Position numbers and translations under genes: made by a program. DNA of 64,000 bases from Octopus sinensis (taxonomy: Eukaryota): contig NC_043000.1 in NCBI RefSeq assembly GCF_006345805.1, forward strand, positions 56,792,001 through 56,856,000, in the 5' to 3' direction. Every line of letters begins with the position of its first letter. The stretch's first letter is position 1. The notes under the pieces were generated by a model that saw only the letters and a program-made list of their open reading frames with translations, was not told the DNA's origin and did no database searches. Shown piece after piece: positions 58,525 through 64,000 of this stretch.

Positions 58525-58955
58525 TTATCTTGGTTACTTGTTTCAGTCATGAGACTGTGGCCATGCTGGGGCACCATCTTGAAGAATTTTTAGCTGAATA
58601 AATTGACCCCAGTGCTTTTTTTTCTTTTTTTCTTTTTTTTTTTTTGAAGGCTGGTACTTATTCTATCAATATCTTTTGCTGAACTGCTAAGTTTCAGGGA
58701 CATAAACACACCAACACCTGTTGTCAAGTGCTGATGGATGAGGGGGGGGGCAAACACAGACACAAAAACACGCACACATGGAAATATATATATATATATA
58801 AACAACAGGCTTCTTTCAGTTTCTGCCTACCAAATCCACTCACAATGCTTTGGTTGACCCAAAGCTATAGTAGAAATCCCTTGCCTAATGTGCATTGCAG
58901 GAGGAGTGAACTCAGAACCAAATGGTTGAGAAGCAAGCTTCTTACCACACACATC
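58525..58955 (-). mobile_element. Diverged full-length CORE-type SINE
   Basis: Reverse-complement family architecture. Confidence 0.8.
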
Positions 58956-59195
58956 CAAATCTTTCAAAACTAATTAGACACCCCTCATTATACCACTTTA
59001 TATGTATGGACACAACACATTAGTATGATATCCAAGTAGGTTAAATGATTAAAAACTGCACAAAGCATGCCTACTAAATACTAGACTAAGTATCTAAATG
59101 CATAAAATGACATTATTTTGTTTCTGGAAATAAATATTTCAAAACTTATGCAGTCTATTTTTGAAGTGTCTGTGTCAATGTCTATGTGTATAGAC

Positions 59196-59228
<33 letters not shown>

Positions 59229-59889
59229 TGTATGTATGTATGTATGTATGTATACACACACACAAACACACACACTACATCTTTAGTCTTTTAGTTGTTT
59301 CAGTCACTGGGCTTTGGCCATGCTGGGGCACAACTTTGAAGGGTTTTTAAGTGAACAAATCAAACCCAATACACACACACACACACGTGTGTGTGTGTGT
59401 GTGTGTGTGTGTATTGAACTGTTAATCCCCATGCATTTTTTTTCCTCTTTCTGACTTTTTACGTTCTCTCTCTATTTTTTAGCTTCTCAACCCTTTCTGT
59501 CAAAGAGTATAGGCTGGCAACATCAAAGACATTTCCATTCTTCCCAAGCATCAAAAGCTTGTTGTTCCCTCACTCGTCTTCAGCTTTTGTCTTCTAGTTT
59601 GTTAGCAAATATTATATAATATATGTGTGTGTGTGTGTGTGTGTGTGTATAGATAAATAGATAAATGCATACATACTTACATACATATATAGAAGCACAT
59701 GCATATACACACACACACACACACACACACAAGCATTTGATCGCTGTAAGTAAATTGTCTATGCTGGATGTTCAGCAAGAAATTGTAGAACCCTCATCAG
59801 TCTTGCGTTTCTCTTCAAACTAATTCTAAACTTCCTTGATTGGTTTCAGGCATCTCTTGGAGGGAGGAAGGGAGTGAGAGAGGGAGGGA

Positions 59890-60200
59890 GGAAGGAAGGA
59901 GCAGGTGGAAGGAGAGAAGAAGGGAGGAGCAAATGGAAGGAGGGAGGAAGGGAGGAGCAGATGGAAGGAGGGAGGAAGGAAGGAGCAGATGGAAAGAGGG
60001 AAAAAGGGAGGAGCAGATGGAAGGAGGGAGGAAGGGAGGAGCAGATGGAAAGAGGGAAAAGGGGAGGAGCAGATGGAAGGAGGGAGGAAGGGAGGAGCAG
60101 ATGGAAGGAGGGAGAAAGGGAGGAGCAGATGGAAAGAAGAAAGATGGGAGGAGCAGATGGAAAGAGGGAGGAAGGGAGAAGCGGATGGAAAGAGGGAGGG
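59890..60200. repeat. 28-bp polypurine minisatellite, 11 copies
   Basis: The gc(a/g)(g/a)(a/g)tgg anchor recurs at 59901, 59929, 59957, 59985, 60013, 60041, 60069, 60097, 60125, 60153 and 60181. Unit approximately ggaggagcagatggaaggagggaggaag. Confidence 0.92.
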
Positions 60201-60224
60201 ATGGATGGATGGATAGATGGATAG

Positions 60225-60385
60225 ATAGATACAATGGAATTCTTTTAGTTTCCATCTACCACATTAACTCACAAGGCTTGAGTCAGCCCGAGGCTGTAGT
60301 AGAAAACACCTACCAAAGACTTCCCATAGTGGCACCGAACCTGAAACTATGAGGTTGAGATGCAAGATTCTTACCATACAACTAT
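60225..60385 (-). mobile_element. CORE-type SINE 5' half
   Basis: Reverse complement: ...gtttcaggttcggtgccactatgg...ttttctactacagcctcgggctgactcaagccttgtgag...ggaaactaaaagaa. Confidence 0.75.
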
Positions 60386-61039
60386 ATGTTACTTGCATCT
60401 ATTCTCAAAAATTTCATGAAAAAGCCATAGAATACTTGTCAAGGATAAGACCACAGGTCACTAATTGACCTGATAGTACAACACAGAACCATGTGAAGGG
60501 AAGGTGCAATAGCAGTAACAACAACAGTAATAAAACAATAAAAATAATCAACAATAATAAAAACAATGACAAGACAATTGCCAGATGTCTGACATATCAG
60601 ACTCTGACTTAGAGAATTAGATGCTAGAGTATTTTCACAAATACCCCCTTTTTCTATAAATCCTAAACAAAATTTAAAATATTCAAATGCATTTTACTGC
60701 CTTTTTTAAAAATTTTTATTGTTTACCCAATAACCTCCTCTCTACTGCTGTCTCTCATCCCCCTCTCTCTCTCCCTCCCTCTCTTTCTCTCTTATACCAG
60801 TGCCTCTTATGACATTCTTTCGTTCTACAGCAAGTCTCAATGTATTACGGATTTAAAATTATTTCAAGAAGTATATTGAGAGCTTTTTAAGTATCAGATT
60901 GGATTTTACTTTCTAGGTGGATTTTAGAGAGGAAAAGCAAATAAGGTAAATAAATAAATAAAATAAAATAAATAAAAAAATAAATATTGAGAGAAGAAAA
61001 AGAACAAGAAGTGGAGGTAGAGTGGGGATAGAGAAAGAA

Positions 61040-61149
61040 ACTAGATAAATATATATGCATATATACATACATATATATATGTATACATATTTATATTTAT
61101 CTAGTTTCTCCATCTGCACTCTACCTCCACTTCTCTCAATATATATATA

Positions 61150-61206
<57 letters not shown>

Positions 61207-61241
61207 ACACACATACAAACATGTGTATGTATGTGTGTATA

Positions 61242-61272
<31 letters not shown>

Positions 61273-61560
61273 ACACACACATACAAATGTGTATATATGT
61301 ATATATTTATATATATATATTATATATATATATATATATATATGTACACAGACACATACACACATGCAAAGAAAGGTATAAATATATATATATATATATA
61401 TAATATATATGTATATATACATATATCAGAATAGATATACTTCTTATCAGTGCATTAAAGTGCTCAATACATGTTTTCATAAAAGCACGTAGACTTGATT
61501 AATATGTTACACATTTTGAAGTATTCACACACACATCCATATATGTGTGTGTGTGTGCGC

Positions 61561-61596
<36 letters not shown>

Positions 61597-61660
61597 ATAT
61601 ATATAAACACACACACATGTGCACGCACACACACACACATATATATATATATACAGACAT
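61040..61660. repeat. (TA)n/(CA)n microsatellite field
   Basis: Direct reading. Confidence 0.9.
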
Positions 61661-61794
61661 TCAATTCTTAGAATTAACTAACTTAATTCTTGTTTTGAAA
61701 GCATAGATTTCTGAGCTATGTCGTGGTATGTCACTGCACCTAACCTACAGCTAGTAAATCTTCGACATAAATATAGAACTTCGATTCTATCCCC

Positions 61795-61804
61795 GACAAC
61801 TACT

Positions 61805-61835
<31 letters not shown>

Positions 61836-62430
61836 CCACTATGGCTACTACTACCACTACTACTACTACTACAAACAGCACTAACAACTAAAACTAACAA
61901 CAAGCCCTCTCTTCCACTAGTACCACCACCAGTACCATCACCATTACGAACACCACCACTATCATCAACAGTACTAAGGACTACAAAGACCAGCATCAAC
62001 ATCACCACCACCACCACTGCCACCAACACTACCATTACTGCCACTATCACCATCACTACAACCACCACCAAAACTAGCATCACTACCAGCACCACCACCA
62101 GTCCACCACCACCAGCATCACATCCATCACTAACACCACCAGTACCACCACTAACACCATCAACTACATCACCAACACTACCATTACTAACACCACCATC
62201 ACCACTACCACCGTCACCAACACTACCATCACCACTACCACCATTACCACTACCATCACTCTGAAGAGCACTAACAATTACAACTGACAATTTCTAACAA
62301 CAGCATGGGGGAGGAGTGTCACCACCATCATCACCATCACTACCAGTAATACCACCAATTCCACTGCCACCAAAACCCCCTCATCATCACCACCACTACC
62401 ACTATCATCACCACCTCCATCACCAACCAT
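61795..62430. repeat. Degenerate triplet-repeat tract (CAC/CAT/TAC)n
   Basis: Direct reading. In-frame stops interrupt the Thr/Pro/His-rich translations. Confidence 0.85.
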
Positions 62431-63181
62431 CACAATCACTAACGACATGATCACTAGTTTATAACTTCTTGCAGCAAGTAAGAATTTTGACTTTTTTCTT
62501 TAATTTCTTTTATTTCTTTCTTATTCTTTGAGTGAAGCTATGGAGGAAAGGTACAGAGTTTCTGTCTGTCTTTCTTTCTTTCTTTCTTTTCAGATAAAGC
62601 TTATAATTTCTCATTCTCCTCTTTTCTTTCATTTTTTTTCTTTTCTTCTTTTTTCCCTTTCATTTCCTACAATCATCTATCTATCTCATGCATTCATCAT
62701 TACCTCCCCCCCACCACCACCACCAATTTTTTGCCTATCCTTCAAGCTCTTTCTCTCTGTCTACCTACCTCACTTTCACTTTCACTCTCTTCTTCTCTCT
62801 CCCTAACACACACACACTCACACATGCATACACACACACACACACACAGACACACACACAAGCTAACTTTATTTTTTCTCTCTATTTCTTTGCTCTTTCT
62901 CGAACACAGTTTGTTGGAAAGTCAGAAAAAAAAATTTATCCAAGTAAAGCAAAAACAACAACAGCAAAAAAAAAGTTAAGTTCTTTCTTACCCAATTACT
63001 GCTGCCACATTTATCTTTTAGACTTCCAAATGGATGTCATATAATCCTATTGTGCATATGCATGTGTCTTTTGACTTATTAGTTATTTTACTCCTTTTTT
63101 TTACTTTCATTTAAAAAAATTTTTTTCTTTGGGAAAAAAATGGTTAAAAATCTCCCATAATGTTTTATGGTGAAATTTGCC

Positions 63182-63217
<36 letters not shown>

Positions 63218-63325
63218 ACGTATATATGCATGTATATACATCTGCACACACACACACACACACTGCGTGTGTATGTATATATACACCTCTGTATGTATAT
63301 TTACATACATCATATACGCATACAT

Positions 63326-63356
<31 letters not shown>

Positions 63357-63361
63357 CTACA

Positions 63362-63406
<45 letters not shown>

Positions 63407-63566
63407 TATGTACGTATGTATGTATGTACGCATGTATATATAACTAATATTCATGTCTAAAGCTCAATTTCAATCCATCATTCATCTCTGTTCAGACTCA
63501 ATTTCTTTTGAGGAGTTAGAAATAAAGTGTACCCAAATTTATTGATTTTTTTTTATTTCTTTATTT

Positions 63567-63597
<31 letters not shown>

Positions 63598-63724
63598 TAG
63601 TTCTTGTTCCTCTTCAAGTCTCCAGAATCATTTGCTATATTCTCTTTCTAAACTGCACATTATTACTGCTTTCTTCTAGCCTCACATGAATCCAGAATTA
63701 ATTCTATTTTACTTTTCATATATA

Positions 63725-63780
<56 letters not shown>

Positions 63781-64000
63781 GTCAGTTCGATCACTTATTT
63801 TTCCTTAGTTATCATCATCATCAACATCAATGGCAATAGTAAATGTAGCAGCCTCATAATTTCATTTAACATACATTTTTATTTTATTTTTTTATTTTTT
63901 GAAACTCATTCTCTGCTGTCTTTAAGATGTAGATGTGTTACAATAGAAGCACATAAAGACAGAACTTCCAAAATTCAGAAACACTCCAGTAAATTGATGT

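Noticed and set aside
59815-60352. 146-170-aa repetitive ORFs
   Set aside because: Translations of the 28-bp minisatellite in multiple frames and strands.
61787-62430. Mucin-like Thr/Pro-rich or Gly/Val-rich coding exon
   Set aside because: Degenerate triplet microsatellite with in-frame stops on + and no splice context.

Overview
Repeat-dominated eukaryotic (metazoan) intergenic or intronic DNA. The SINE/LINE repertoire and dense microsatellites point to an octopus (coleoid cephalopod) genome; this is an inference. I could not support any host protein-coding exon, and nearly all track ORFs are microsatellite or repeat artefacts. The only substantial coding sequence is a 5'-truncated RTE-clade LINE (10738-13950). 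Its reverse transcriptase (YADD) carries a C4HC3 PHD finger inside the RT region and a single visible frameshift, and its 3' UTR is expanded into a complex tandem array. Other content: many tRNA-derived SINEs with swapped head/tail modules, about 15 RTE 3'-tail fragments ending in (ATG)n, three mariner remnants plus a fold-back mariner, a Tc1 remnant, TTAA-flanked piggyBac-type MITEs, Helitron-like non-autonomous elements, and fossil RLE-type LINEs (HERO-like, R4-like). The most interesting signal is a set of hammerhead-ribozyme (HHR) motifs, most of them in short elements abutting (TA)n. One is a fully canonical minimal type I GUC hammerhead (18942-18995, minus) inside a roughly 400-bp element with 339-bp-period terminal redundancy, a candidate non-LTR retrozyme or Penelope-derived circular-RNA retroelement. 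Another is a 410-bp palindrome with two mirror-image hammerheads (9186-9597). Boundaries of old repeats are approximate (+/-10-30 bp) because they were read by eye.
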